From Octopus sinensis (taxonomy: Eukaryota): a stretch of DNA of 64,000 nt. The notes beneath the pieces were generated by a model, which worked only from the letters and a program-made list of their open reading frames with translations, had not been told where the DNA came from and searched no databases. Position 1 is the stretch's first letter. Every line of letters begins with the position of its first letter. Where the stretch lies: assembly GCF_006345805.1 (NCBI RefSeq), contig NC_042999.1, positions 68,572,001-68,636,000 of the forward strand, read 5' to 3'. The position numbers and the translations under genes are program-made. Positions 25,205-38,482 of the stretch are shown here, piece after piece.

Positions 25205-25625
25205 TTTTTCTTTTATTTGTTTCAGTCATTTGACGGCGGCCATGCTGGAGCACCGCCTTTAGTCAAGCAAATCGACCCCGGGACTTATTCTTTGTAAGCC
25301 TAGTACTTATTCTATCGGTCTCTCTTGCCGAACCGCTAAGTTACGGGGATGTAAACACACCAGCATCGGTTGTCAAGCGATGTTGGGGGGACAAACACAG
25401 ACACACAAACATATACAAACACACACATATATATATACATATATACGACGGGCTTCTTTCAGTTTCCGTCTACCAAATCCACTGACAAGGCTGGTCGGGC
25501 CGAGGCTATAGTAGAAGACACTTGCCCAAGGTGCCATGCAGTGGGACTGAACCCGGAACCGAGTGGCTGTGTGGTAAGTAGCCTGCTTACCAAGCAGGCT
25601 ACTTACCACACAGCCACTCCTGCAG
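25205..25625 (-). mobile_element. SINE family A
   Basis: Full body, with a small rearrangement in the head. Confidence 0.8.
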
Positions 25626-26041
25626 CTATGTGTGTCTGTATCTATGTCATTATTCAGTTTATTTCAAGATTTCTTGCCAATAGAGAAAGAACCGGTTTCT
25701 AACCTAGATCCAGGGCTCCTGCACTGGAATTTCAACATCAACAACAGGGTATTTTTTATATGTATGCATATATACATGCATGTATCCATACATACATACG
25801 TACGTATGTATGGATCTTAGTTAACTATGACGACCATTATTTAATGAGTACTATCTATTATAACAGAGTTTAATTATTCAATCGAAGAGTTAATAAAACA
25901 TTTGTGCGTATGCATGCGTAAGTTCATCGATATATATATATATATATATCTGTGTGTGTGTATGTTTATATGTAAATAGATTTGTATACATGTGTGTAGA
26001 TCTGTATACGTATGTGCATGTGTATGTGCGTGTTTGTATAT

Positions 26042-26178
<137 letters not shown>

Positions 26179-26434
26179 GGGAGGAGGAGAGAGTGACATG
26201 GGTTGATAGATAAATAAAGGAAAAGTAAATAGTAGAGTGGATAGTTTAGATTTATGAATAGAAGAATAAATGGATGTTTAGGTGAATGGAAGGCGAATAT
26301 AAAGAAAGAGGGTAGCATTAGATGAGAAATGATGCTAAAAGATAGCAAGATGAAGTGTGTGTGTGTGCGTGTGTCGGTGGGGAATAACTAGAGAGAGAGA
26401 GAGAGAAAAGTATACAGGATGTAAGTTTGTACAT

Positions 26435-26481
<47 letters not shown>

Positions 26482-27336
26482 ATATGTATGTATGTATGTA
26501 TGTGTGTGTGTGTGTGTGTGTGTTTAAGCAAAGTGCGGAAGTGAAGAAGAATGATGTGGGGAGAGAGAAAGAGTGGCAGAGAAAGTGTGTGTGTGTGTGT
26601 GTATTTATTAGTGTTTTGGCGGCCACACACGGGTTTACGTGAGGGTGCATACAGATGAGTTGAACACGTGTGCTCTTAATGAGGTCGAAGGCGAAAGCAG
26701 TATCTGATATAGTCTGTTTACTATCGGATATCAACTCTCCTCTCTCGCTTCTTATTCCCCTCACTCTCTCTCTCTCTCTTTATTTTTACCTATATTGGAT
26801 TTGATAGAGCAACGATGTCGGCAGTTATGTTAAAGAAATGACTGAGCAGACGATAAGACGAACAAACGAACAACAGTAAGAACGACAACAGATTTTGAGC
26901 AAACAACACACTGAAAACATGGGTAGATGAATGGATGGTTTGGTGGATATAATATGGGGTAGATAGAAGGATGGGTGTGAATGGAAGGTTAAAGAAAGAT
27001 GAGAAGTAAACTGGATAAAAAGTGTGAAAGTAAAAATGGAAAGAAGGCAGACGGAAGATGGAAATATTGAAAGATAGTGGATTATTTCAGAGAGATAAGG
27101 AAAGGTGAATGATGGGAAGGAGTAAGTATTGAAAGATGGATGGAATGAAAAATTGAAGGAATAATGGAAGATTAACACAAGGGAAAGGTGACGTGAAAAA
27201 TAAAAGGACGTGTAGTGTTGGAAGGACGGATGAAAAGAGACATGGAAGGAAAGATGGAGTGATCGGTAGAGAGAGAGAGAGAGAGAATGGAATGGTCCGC
27301 GGAGAAAGGGAGAGAGAGCGAATGGAATAGCCTGTG

Positions 27337-27373
<37 letters not shown>

Positions 27374-28419
27374 TGAAATCATCTGTGGTGAGAAAAAGAG
27401 AGAGATAGATGAAATGATCTGTGGAGAGAAAGAGAGAGAATGAAAGGAATGGGGGGAAAGGGGAAATGGAAGGACAGGTGGAAAAAGAGAGTGGGAAAAA
27501 GAGAGAGAAAGAGTGAGAATGGAAGGACTAGAGGAAAGAGAGGAAAGTGGCTATATAGAGAGGTCGACAGAAGGTTAGAAAGCAAAGTAACGGAGAGAGA
27601 GAGAGAGAGAGAGAGAGAAAAAAAAAGATACATAGAAAGAAACAGAGGGAAAGTGGTCAAAATGAGAGCGGAAGAGAGAGACGTAAAAACTCAGAAAGAG
27701 AAACAGAGGTAAAAGACAAAACAAAAATAGGTCAGAGAGAGAGATAGAAAAAATGTAGGCGAGAGATAAAGAATGAAAGAGAGAGAGAGGGTAACTCGAA
27801 AGTAAAAGTTAGTGGGAAGATACTATAAAGGATGGGCGGGAATCATTAAAAACTCGACAAAACCATTTTTGTCCAACAACATTTAATACGAGAAGACCGT
27901 TTGACCAAGTTTAAGGGGAATGATTGTCCAACGTTAACCTTTTGTTAAATTTCTATCAGTCTCTGTCGCATTTACTCACATACAAGCAAACGGAAGAGTG
28001 TCTACGTTCTTACTTGAGCTGCTAGAAATAGCAGCCACGTTTTCTCCCTGTATCTGTCCAAATCGTCCTATATGTCCATACACTTTCTTTTTGGACTTTT
28101 TCAGACACTTATTTTATAAGTTCTGAGTAATATAAATCTTTCCTTTTGTAAGTCCCAAGTTATTCTGGTGGTCGAAAAAGAAATATAGGGAATGCTTATC
28201 ATATATGTATGTCCTGTGAATCAATTATGAAATACAGAATAGGCAAAAGGTTAAATTACATACTGCTGTTTTGAAAATGGAAAAATATAAATGAATTATT
28301 TAGTACTTGATGCGCAATACTCGAGAAAAGGGTGGCTTTTAGTACGAGGGCAGGCTGAAAAGTTCAAAGACTGACTATGATGCGAGAGCTGTGAAATCTT
28401 GCATGTATTAATTTCAATT

Positions 28420-28773
28420 CTTAGCGAAGGCGAGGTATTATTTACAGTCGCGTTTGTTTGCTTGTCCGTAGACAAGATATCTCAAGAACCGTTGAATGGA
28501 TTCGAATGAAACTTTCAGGGATGTTTGGCCTTGTGACTAGTACGAACTGATTAGATTTGGGGATCAATCCGATACCGGACAAGGATTCTGGATTATTTTT
28601 CCTGTTTTTTACTTAATTTTTGAGAGCGGTCGGTTTCATTTTTAGTATTCTCGTTTGTGAGAGCAGTCGAGTTTATTTAGACATTCTCATTTCAAAAATC
28701 GTTCTCTGGCTAACCGTTGAGAGAACGTTGTTGTTGTCTTGGCGGAGGTTTGCGATCTCGAAGTGTTCTTGTT
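28420..28773 (+). mobile_element. Helentron-associated/DINE-1-like non-autonomous element
   Basis: 5' CTTAGCGAAGGCGAGGTATT, (GTTT)n, 3' subterminal CTTGGCGGAGGT followed by a degenerate short hairpin and TTGTT end. Confidence 0.55.
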
Positions 28774-28980
28774 AATAACCGATTGGTTTCTTTGCTGGTA
28801 AACTGACATCTGACTGTTCAAAGACTTCGTAAGTGATAATCGCGAAGCAGCTCGTTTTCTAAACGAACTAAAGAGACTACGTGTCCATTGATTTTTGCGC
28901 CACTAATACTACCTCTGAGTCACAATTCCTGACAGAGATTTCTCAATTACTTTCCATTTATAATATAATAATACAACCTT

Positions 28981-29764
28981 TAGGCGGCGAGCTGGCAGAA
29001 ACGTTAGCACGCCGGGAGAAATGCTTAGCGGTATTTCGTCTGCCGTTACGTTCTGAGTTCAAATTCCGCCGAGGTCGACTTTGCCTTTCATCCTTTCGGG
29101 GTCGATTAAATAAGTACCAGTTACGCACTGGGGTCGATGTAATCGACTTAATCCGTTTGTCTGTCCTTGTTTGTCCTCTCTGTGTTTATCCCCTTGTGAG
29201 AAGTAAAGAAATAGGTATTTCGTCTGCCGTTACGTTCTGAGTTCAAATTCCGCCGAGGTCGACTTTGCCTTTCATCCTTTCGGGTTCGATAAATTAAGTA
29301 CCAGTTACGCACTGGGGTCGATGTAATCGACTTAATCCGTTTGTCTGTCCTTGTTTGTCCTGTCTGTGTTTAGCCCCTTGTGAATAGTAAAGAAATAGGT
29401 ATTTCGTCTGCCGTTACGTTCTGAGTTCAAATTCCGCCGAGGTTGACTTTGCCTTTCATCCCTTCGGGGTCGATAAATTAAGTACCAGTCACGCACTGGG
29501 GTCGATGTATCGACTTAATCTGTTTGTCTGTCCTTGTTTGTCCTCTCTGTGTTTAGCCCCTTGTGAATAGTAAAGAAATAGGTATTTCGTCTGCCGTTAC
29601 GTTCTGAGTTCAAATTCCGCCGAGGTTGACTTTGCCTTTCATCCCTTCGGGGTCGATAAATTAAGTACCAGTCACGCACTGGGGTCGATGTAATCGACTT
29701 AATCTGTTTGTCTGTCCTTGTTTGTCCTCTCTGTGTTTAGCCCCTTGTGGGTAGTATAGAAATA
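28981..29764 (+). mobile_element. Four-unit tandem SINE B array (one head plus three 183-184-bp headless units) with 17-bp TSD
   Basis: Unit starts at 29214, 29398 and 29581; AATATAATAATACAACC at 28962-28978 and 29765-29781. Confidence 0.88.
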
Positions 29765-29781
29765 AATATAATAATACAACC

Positions 29782-30475
29782 CTAAATAATAATACAACTG
29801 ATAAGAAGATCTATATTGGAATATGTAAAGGTGAATTTATAAATCGCTATGCCAATCACATGGTCTCCTTCCAACATAGGGACAAAAATAAAGCTTCTAA
29901 GTCGACTAATTACGTATGGACTTTGAAAGATAACGAAACACCACATGTGATTAAATGAAAAGTAATTAAGAAATCAATACCTTATGTGAATGGATCAAAT
30001 AAATGTAGACTGAGAAGAGCGCAGATCCTGTTCGGATCTAAAATCCCTAACTCTCTATTGAACTCCAGGTCAGAAATTTTCAGTGGTTGCATGCATATGT
30101 ATAAATATATTTTGAAGAATTGGAAAATTCTGCCTATTTCTGACTGATTTGATATCTTTCCAGCCTTATCATTTAAGGTCTAACGAGGATAGCTCTTTTA
30201 CCTTCTTACTTTTTATTTTTTACATTTTACTTCGTTTTTCTTTTTCCGTTGTTTACTGTCTGCGTTTCCTATATGCAGCCTTCTCAGTTTTTCTTATTAA
30301 ATTTCTTTAGTTCATTATGATATGTGGTTTGCGCTTGAAGAATATGATTGAGTTTTTTCAACATATGAAACAATTAGCTCTTAAATACTTGTATTATGAC
30401 CTTTCAATAAATAATATTTATCTGTCATCAGATGAAGTACTTTTATTGTTGAATTTAATTTTCTATGATGGATAA

Positions 30476-30480
<5 letters not shown>
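29782..30480 (+). mobile_element. Penelope-like element 3' part: GIY-YIG endonuclease remnant (to 30147) plus terminal region ending in (TA)n
   Basis: KKIYIGICKGEFINRYANHMVSF...YVWTLKD...IK*KVIKK...KCRL...LLNSRSEIFSGCMH is the PLE GIY-YIG C-terminal pattern; one in-frame stop at 29956. Confidence 0.8.
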
Positions 30481-30529
<49 letters not shown>

Positions 30530-30554
30530 TTTATCGTTTGCTTCTTTCAATCAT

Positions 30555-30734
30555 AAATTAGACGGCGGCCATACTGGAGCACCGCATTGAAATATTCTAG
30601 TTTCACGAATCGACCCAAGTACTTTATTTTTAAGCCTTGTACTTATTTTATCGATATCTAATGCCGAACCGCTAAGTGACGGGACATAAACGCACCAACA
30701 CCAGTTGTCAAGCGGTGATGGTAGGGACAAAGAC

Positions 30735-30786
<52 letters not shown>

Positions 30787-30925
30787 GACGCGTCTCTTTC
30801 AGGTCCGGCTACCAAATTCGCTCACGCGTCTTTGGTCGACCCGAGGCTATAATAGAAGACAGTTGCCCAATGTGCCACAAGATAGGACTGAACCCAGCAC
30901 CATGTGGCTGGGAAGCAGACTTTAG
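30555..30925 (-). mobile_element. SINE family A, diverged
   Basis: Family A body and head in reverse. Confidence 0.7.
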
Positions 30926-31904
30926 CGAGATAACGAGAAACACTTCGTACTACTTTTACTGCAAACTGCAAGTAATACAGAAGGGATGAAACTCACTAAA
31001 TAACTTACGAAGGCTGACCGGTTAGGTTCGCCTTATTGAAATTAAGATAATAATTAAAAAGAAAATCGCAGCATAGCTAGTAAGATAATAGACTAGTTTA
31101 CCCAAGTCTCTAAATTGATACCGCTCGCTCTGTACAAATGGACTGCTGCTAGTAATGTAACTCTTAAAATTTTACGAGATGCAGACAATATACGCAGGAA
31201 AGCCAATGACGTGCTTTGGACAGCTTCTAAAATGTTATTTGTATTTGTAATTTTGACGGGACATGTTTGAGATGTATTTTTGTTTTGGTTTTCAAATTTT
31301 GCTTTTGTTAATTAATTTCGTAATCAAACACAACGAATTAGCATAACTCTTTTAAAATAAGATAAAGAAGAAATATCTTGTGGCATTCATTCCGTCTCTT
31401 TGCGCTCTGGGTTCAAATCACGCCGAGGGTAGCTTTATCTGTCATCCTTCCTGAGGCGATAAAGTATGGATCACTTAGGTCGTTTTATTTTCTCTTTCTC
31501 TCTCTCATATATATATATATATACACACATACCTCTCTCACACACGGAATTCGCTACGATCTCTGTAGTAAGCGACTCAGTGTCTGCTATGTCAGAAAAA
31601 AATAGGAGGCTCCTCTAATGTAATTAAAAATATCCAGATAGCCAGAAAGAGCCACTCACGTTACAGATTATTAGTATGATATCGATGCAAAATATACAAG
31701 CCAACCGTATTCAATATGTCATATGCTGGGTGAGCTACAGGTTATATGATAAGTAGAATCAGTTCGATACAGCAGAGCAACACTAAATAGAAAAATCACA
31801 TACCAATACAATTTCTTAAAGATATTAAATATTTGATAGGGGAAATCGTTACAACGCCTGCATTTTGTTGACTTTCTTACAATTTTATTGACGAAAAGAA
31901 TTTC

Positions 31905-32230
31905 AGCGGGCAGTCGGGGTTGTACGCTTGGATTGAATTCTTTGCACTAAAAGATCCCGTTTGTGTTGCGCTGTGCTAACTTGTGTGTCTCAATGACCCC
32001 GAGAGATGTCAGCGGAGTGCAAACTCCTAGTAGAGATTCCTATGCTGGACAGATCGAAGGATAGAGGCCAAATTAACATGGACCACTTGTTATCAGAGGT
32101 AAAAATAGGTTTGCGCAGGGCCAACACCCCTACTTAGAAAAAAAAAACGTATGGGTGCATCGATGACAATTCAAAGCCAACAAGACCTAGGAGAGGGAGA
32201 CCTTAAAGTCGTCAGTGGGGCGAAGAGCTT
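31905..32230 (+). mobile_element. Possible RTE-clade 5' UTR fragment
   Basis: GGACAGATCGAAGGATAGAGGCCA and GCGCAGGGCCAACACCCC...AAAAAA blocks recall RTE 5' UTRs (from memory). Confidence 0.35.
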
Positions 32231-33356
32231 AAGTAACTAAATTGAGTCGTTTAGTGACGATAGTTCTTGTTCTGAGTTCAAACTTCACCGAGATCAACCA
32301 TGTCTTTTTATCCTTTAAGACTCGAAAAGGTGTCCGTCTAGTATTAGGATCTATTAAATTGTGCTTGTCTTAAATAGTACAAAAGCTGTTCAAATAGTGA
32401 CCAGATTTGTAAACAAAGAAACATTTACTTCTATCTTTTGTTTCCATCTATTAACTTTTTTGATGATATTATCAAAATAAGACGGTCGAATTGCAGGTAT
32501 GGTAGAATGTCAGACTAAATACCGAATTGAGAATACTCGTGTTCTATGTACCGAGTGTGTATCTCATCCATGGAGGCCAGTTCTACTTTTTATGCTTTTA
32601 ATATGGGCGGAGAGCTGGTAGAATCGTTAGCAAAATTCTTAGCGGCATTTCGTCCGTCTTTGCGTTCTGAGTACAAATTTCGCGAAGGTCAGCTTTGCGA
32701 TTCATCCTTTCGAGGTCGATAAAATAAGTACCAGTTGAGTGCTGGGGTCGACATGACTAAAAACCTACTCCGAAATTGCAGGCCTTGTGCCAAAATTCTT
32801 TCATTGTGGTAAAATACGTTGTTAGCACACGACAGAGCCAAATTTTCTGAATCGATTTCATTCATTCTCTTACAAATGTCAGGTCCTGTTCGAAGCTTAG
32901 AAATCAATATCATATTCAAAATATTTCTTCCGATTTATTTAATAATTTCTGATATAGGCTCAAGGACAGTAGCCTTATTTTTGGTGGGTGGTGTGGTTTG
33001 AACTCAGAACAAGAAGCAACACAATCGCTGACGTTAGAGCTTGGCTGGTATTTTATTTTATCGGCTCCGAAAGAATGTAAAGCAAAGTTGATTTCGCGCT
33101 ATTTGAACACAAATCGAAAAAAGAGAAAAAAGAGAAAAACATCCGATTTATAGTGAAATCAGAATCGGTGAATGTTCAACTTACACCGACATTACTGTTA
33201 CTCGCATCAGTTCTAAAATTCGCACGAAATCTAAAAGTCTCTAATTTGATGTTTATGTAAGAAACAAGTTAAATGAGATTTAAATCGATGAATTACATAA
33301 AAAGAAATGTTTTCGCTATTATGTTAATTGTTCCCTTTTCATCAAAATTTCATCTT

Positions 33357-33560
33357 AATTTATGTTTTAAACACTAGCTTAATATTAATTCGTAATTATT
33401 TCCAAAATTAATTAAAACAAAGGCAGCGTGCTTCAACAAAAAATATGGTTTGTTACGATATTTCTGTTGAAATGCATTGTCTTTGTTACAATTAATTTTG
33501 AGAATAAAGAATTTAGTAAAGTAACTGTCATTGTTTAAGCAAGTGTTTTGAACATAAATT
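33357..33560. repeat. ~204-bp imperfect palindrome (foldback/MITE-like)
   Basis: AATTTATGTTTTAAACACTAGCTTAA pairs with TTAAGCAAGTGTTTTGAACATAAATT; inner arms CAAAATTAATT...AATAT and ATATTT...AATTAATTTTG. Confidence 0.7.
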
Positions 33561-33570
33561 AAATTGGAGA

Positions 33571-33651
33571 GATGAGGTGGCCGGGTAGCTAAGGCGATGT
33601 ACTGTTAATCCATTGTTTATCCAAGCGTGAGTTCGAATCTCACCTTCGGAA
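33571..33651 (+). pseudogene. tRNA-Ser(GCT) pseudogene, anticodon now GTT
   Basis: GATGAGGTGGCCGGGTAGCTAAGGCGATGTACTGTTAATCCATTG...GTGAGTTCGAATCTCAC closely follows metazoan tRNA-Ser(GCT), with a long variable arm and intact T-stem; acceptor and anticodon stems are damaged. Confidence 0.75.
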
Positions 33652-33661
33652 AGTTGCTTTA

Positions 33662-33905
33662 TAGGCGTAGGAGTGGTTGTGTGGTAAGTAGCTTGCTTAC
33701 GAACCACATGGTTCCAGGTTCAGTCCCACAGCATGGCACCTTGGGTAAGTGTCTTCTGCTATAGCCTCGGGCCGACCAAAACCTTGTGAGTGGATTTGGT
33801 AGACGGAAACTGAAAGAAGCCCGTCGCATATATATATGGTCAGGCTTTGCCTTTCATCCTTTCGAGGTCAATAAAATAAATACCAGTCATGTACTGGTAT
33901 CGATG
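33662..33905 (+). mobile_element. SINE A 5' half fused to a SINE B core fragment
   Basis: Family A to about 33835, then CTTTGCCTTTCATCCTTTCGAGGTCAATAAAATAA. Confidence 0.65.
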
Positions 33906-35462
33906 TAAGAGAAAGAAAGAAGCTGTGTACTTTGGTACGATGCTAAAAGTTTGTAGGGTAGGCACAGTCAACCCATGTATGTGTTATTTGTTCTATCGAC
34001 TGCCATTCCATTCTAGACCACTCCCCAGCAAAAGTCTAAACCAAATTCACTTCCAGCATGACTAAAATCGAGAACAGTATAGTCAGGTACTTCGGTTTCT
34101 AAAAACTCGGCATGGTACCTTTTCCCTAAGCATGCAAACAGTTTTGTAGGGACCGTGTATTATTGGAATAACCTTATTTATTGACCCCAGAGAGATGAAA
34201 AGCTGTGTGTTCCAGCATAGCTGGAACTTAGTACCCAAACTCACAGACGAGCACAGAGCAATTAGTCCGAAACCATGGCGTTATATCGCATTTTATGTAA
34301 ATTAAAATATTCATTACAATATTTATAAAAAAATGACATTCTTAATTTAATATTTTTTAAATTACTAAAAAAAATGCTTTAAACCTAACAAATAAAAGAA
34401 AAAAAACTTTTAACTGTATAATGTCATTCTTGTTAAATGTTAACTAAACTTTATTAAACATAATTAAACTATTAAAATTTAATTAAAATATGTTATTAAT
34501 CAAGAAGTAGTGTGTTTCAAAGAATCGAATTAGCATAAAACCAGCTGTCTGACCTTGGATGACACGGCTAATGAAGTCTTTCAAATTAGCACGATGCCAA
34601 AAATTCAGAAAGAACTAGTAGAATCTGTGAATCGATATCAGGACAGACACCAAAGAGATAAAAGGCGAAAATCGATCCCAATGGGATCATTGAGAACGTA
34701 CAAGGACGAGATTAAATAGTATAAGACATTTAGTGCGACGCTCTATCGTTTCAGCAACTGCACAGACTTTCTTGACAACAATGATTATAATAAAAGTTGT
34801 CATGGAGTAGAAATGTCTCGACAGCTGAAACTTTTCAATGAAAATATTTTGTTTTTTATGCCTTGACAATCTACAAGTATAAAAACAAAGCAAAACACGA
34901 AGATACAAGCGACGCGAAAGAAACCGAGAAAAAAAATTAGATAGAAAGAAAGATAGATGTGTGGATAGAGAACGGATCGAGAATTAGAAGTTGTGTGAGA
35001 AACCTAAAATATGGGTGGGTGGGGGGGAAGAGAAGCAAAAAGAAAAATAAGCGAATGAGGGAAAAAGAGCGAGGGATAACAGAGATTGAGAAAGAGAAAG
35101 AAAGAAGAAACTGTACTTTTTTTTGATATTCAGTGACGTCAATGAGCAGACGATATCACCCTCTCTTATTCATGGAGATCACGACTTCAATGAATTAAAA
35201 GAGCAAATGAGCTTTCCCCTACTCTACTTTTCCCTCTCTGTTTTTCTTTTATATATCTCTTATTCTCTCTAACTCTTTCATTTCCATCCCTTCCTACTTA
35301 CTCACTCTCTCTCTCTCTCTCTGTGGTTCATAAAAAAGAAACGGACTTCAATGAATTATGACCAGACGATCTCTTCTGTATCTTTCTCTTTCCGTCCTTA
35401 AACATTGACATCAATACTTAAATGAAGTGAATAGAGTAAATGATCTCTTTCTCTTTCTTTCT

Positions 35463-35503
<41 letters not shown>

Positions 35504-36654
35504 CTCTTCCTCGTTCATTTCCCTTTCTATCTCGCTCTCTCTTGTTTTACCACCAACATTTTTTCTCTTCATTCTTCCCCCTCTCTCTTCATCTCTTCCG
35601 TTCATCCTCTCTTGTCATCATTTACTACGTAATTCTCTACTGCTGGTTAAAGGACTTAATTGTTGCAAGTCGTTTTTCTTAATAGCATTTAAAAACAATA
35701 TTAAAAATAATTATTTTCAAAAAAATACCAAAAAACAAAAATGCAGGGAGTGGGTGAATGGAATTGAGTTTTCAATTTAGAAAAATGTTTAGAGAAGAAC
35801 TAAAACTAAACACTCGATACGGCACGGCTACAAGCCCACCTCGCCGCTTTTAACAATACTTCTGAACAAAGTAGCCGTAATGGACCATAAAATATACGAA
35901 AAGAGAAGACAATTCCCAAGCAAATTGCAATTTGAAAAATGACAAACATATGAACATATGATCAAACAAAACACGAATAAATAAACAAAACGTCTCGTTT
36001 TGAAAGCCATTTTGTAATTAGAAGGTATTAATTATTATTATTATTATTATTATTATTATGCCTTCCCCCACCATATTTTTCGTTATCGTTTGATATCCTG
36101 ATTTTATTACTAAAAAAAAAAAATGGCTCAAATCCTGATTTGAATTCCTATAAATTTCTGAAATTCATTAATATATTATATGTGAATAAATTAATACAGA
36201 TAAAATAATAACCGAGAAAATTTACTTACCTGAAGTTTTCTCGTCATATGTTGATTTCTGTCAATTTACAACTGTTTGCAGTAAAAAGAATTTCGTGTTA
36301 GCCAAAATGACTGACAATAAATAAGTAATTATTCATAATGAATTCACTTTGACTACATAGAAGTTAAATCTTTTCTTGGAGATACAGTATGATTTGAAAC
36401 GTCAGCTGCATTATTAGTTGAGACTTGTTTTGTTAAAACCTAGTGCATTCTGGGACGGCAAAAAACATCACCTGCTACGAAATAACGTTAAGAAAGAGAG
36501 AGGAAAATAATGTACTGGTCCCGTAAATAACCGAAGCCGTATTCTAAAATACCTCTTGCAAAAATGTAATTGTTTCTTTCAAGGCCATAAATTTAGGAAT
36601 AGGAATTAGTCGATTTAATCGAATTCTATACTTGACTGATACTTTATTTTATCG

Positions 36655-38130
36655 GTGCTTCCAGCACCGAGCTGGTAGAAACGTTAGTGCGCCGGGCGAA
36701 ATGCGTAGCCGTATTTCGTCTGAATTCAAATTCCGCCGAGGTCGACTTTGTCTTTCATCCTTTCGGGGTCGATTAAATAAGTACCAGTTACGCACTGGGG
36801 TCTATATAATCGACTTAATCCGTTTGTCTGTCCTTGTTTGTCCTCTCTGTGTTTAGCCCCTTGTGGGTAGTAAAGAAATAGGTATTTTGTTTGTCGCTAC
36901 GTTCTGAGTTCAAATTCCGCCGAGGTCGACTTTGCCTTTCATCCTTTCGGGGTCAATAAATTAAGTACCATTTGCGTACTGGGGCAGATCTAATCGGCTG
37001 GCCCCCTCTCCCCAAATTTCAGGTCTGTGCCTATAATAGAAAGGATTTTATCGGTGCTGGAAGAATGAAAGGAAAACTTGACCTCGGCTGTATTTGAAAT
37101 AACTACATAATGAGAAGAAACAAACACGGCAGTCTGATAATCCGTCGACTTAATAACTCTTTCTAATTTTGGTAAAAGACCAGTAGTTTCAAGGGTAGAG
37201 ACTAGTCAGTTATACCGATCCCAATGCTCAACGGTTTCCACTTCGAAAAAATTAAAGGCAAAGTCAAATTCGGTGGAATTTGACGATAGAAACTAAAGAT
37301 GGCCTGTATGCAGCTAAGCATTCTGTCTGGTATGCTAATTTTCTGCCCAACAATAATTGTTTCAAATCTTGTCACGAGGTCAGCAATTTTTTAGGGGGAG
37401 AGGGTTGGTTAATTTTATCTGCCCCACTGCTTGACTGGTACCTTATTTTATCAATGCTGAAAAGACGAAAAACAAAGCTGATTTCGGCAGGGATTGAACT
37501 CTGGAAGTCGAAAAAATATTGCTAAGCATTTTTTTCCGGCGCTCTAACGATTCTGCCAACTCGCCGCCTTAATAATAATAACAGCCCTTTCTTTTATAGA
37601 CACAAGGCCTGAAATGTTGAGGGAGGGGTTTAGTTGATTATATCGATCCCTGTATTCAGCCGATACATCTTTATCAATCTTCGAAAGGATGAAAAGGAAA
37701 GTCAACAGTGGAATTTGCATTTAGGACTTAAAGGCAAGCGAAATGTCGCTAAACATTTTGTCCGGCGTTAAAGGCTCAACCAACTGGCTTCATTTATAAT
37801 AACGATAATGGCTTCAAATTTAGGTACAGCGCCAGTAATTTTAGTGAGATGGGATTAGACGATTAGATCGACCCCAGTACTTGACTGGTACTTCATTTTT
37901 ATAAAGCTCGCAGAGATGAAATGCAAAGTTGACCTGAGCTAAATTTGAACTCTAAAAGGCCGGCAGATTTAGTCGGGGTGGTTGGGTTAGTCGACTACAT
38001 CGACCCCCCAGTCTCAACTGGTATTTATTTTATCGCCCTCGATAAGATTTAAACTAAGAACGTAATGAGTTGGAAGAAATGCTGCTAAGCATTTTGTACG
38101 ATGCACTAATGATTCTGCTAGCTCGCCGCC
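36655..38130. mobile_element. Cluster of family B SINEs (plus dimer 36655-37030; several older minus copies)
   Basis: Junction TAAAGAAATA|GGTATTTTG at 36881; repeated reverse-complement B cores. Confidence 0.75.
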
Positions 38131-38482
38131 CGAGTCTAATTAGATAATAATAATTCTTTCAGATTTAGGCACAAGGTCAAATATTTTAAGGTGAGAAGAG
38201 TTAGTCGGCAGCTTCAACTTCAGTACTAGCTGTTTTATTGTCAATACGGATGAATTCAAACTGCCAGGCAGTAGACAGAGAAAATTAAATAGCAGTCTAA
38301 TCACTCAATCATTTTTCAACGACTTCCACCAACCGAAAAGCCTCGACGTAGACGATTGACTTGATGGAAATATCAACCAAATTTTTTATTTCCACATCAC
38401 AACCTAAAATTTTAAAAAAAGGAAGCATGCATTGGTTTAGAAATTAAGGCTTAGACACCCTACGTTTGACGTATACATTGTA

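Noticed and set aside
28981-29764. Regular repeats as a CRISPR-like array (also 38483-38810)
   Set aside because: No unique spacers, eukaryotic context, no cas genes.
31905-32010. HDV-like ribozyme in the putative RTE 5' UTR
   Set aside because: I could not build the nested double pseudoknot by eye; it needs a descriptor search.
36222-36275. Perfect minus-strand donor CAG|GTAAGT with a possible short exon
   Set aside because: The acceptor is ambiguous and the best one gives stops in all frames; no supporting neighbouring exons.
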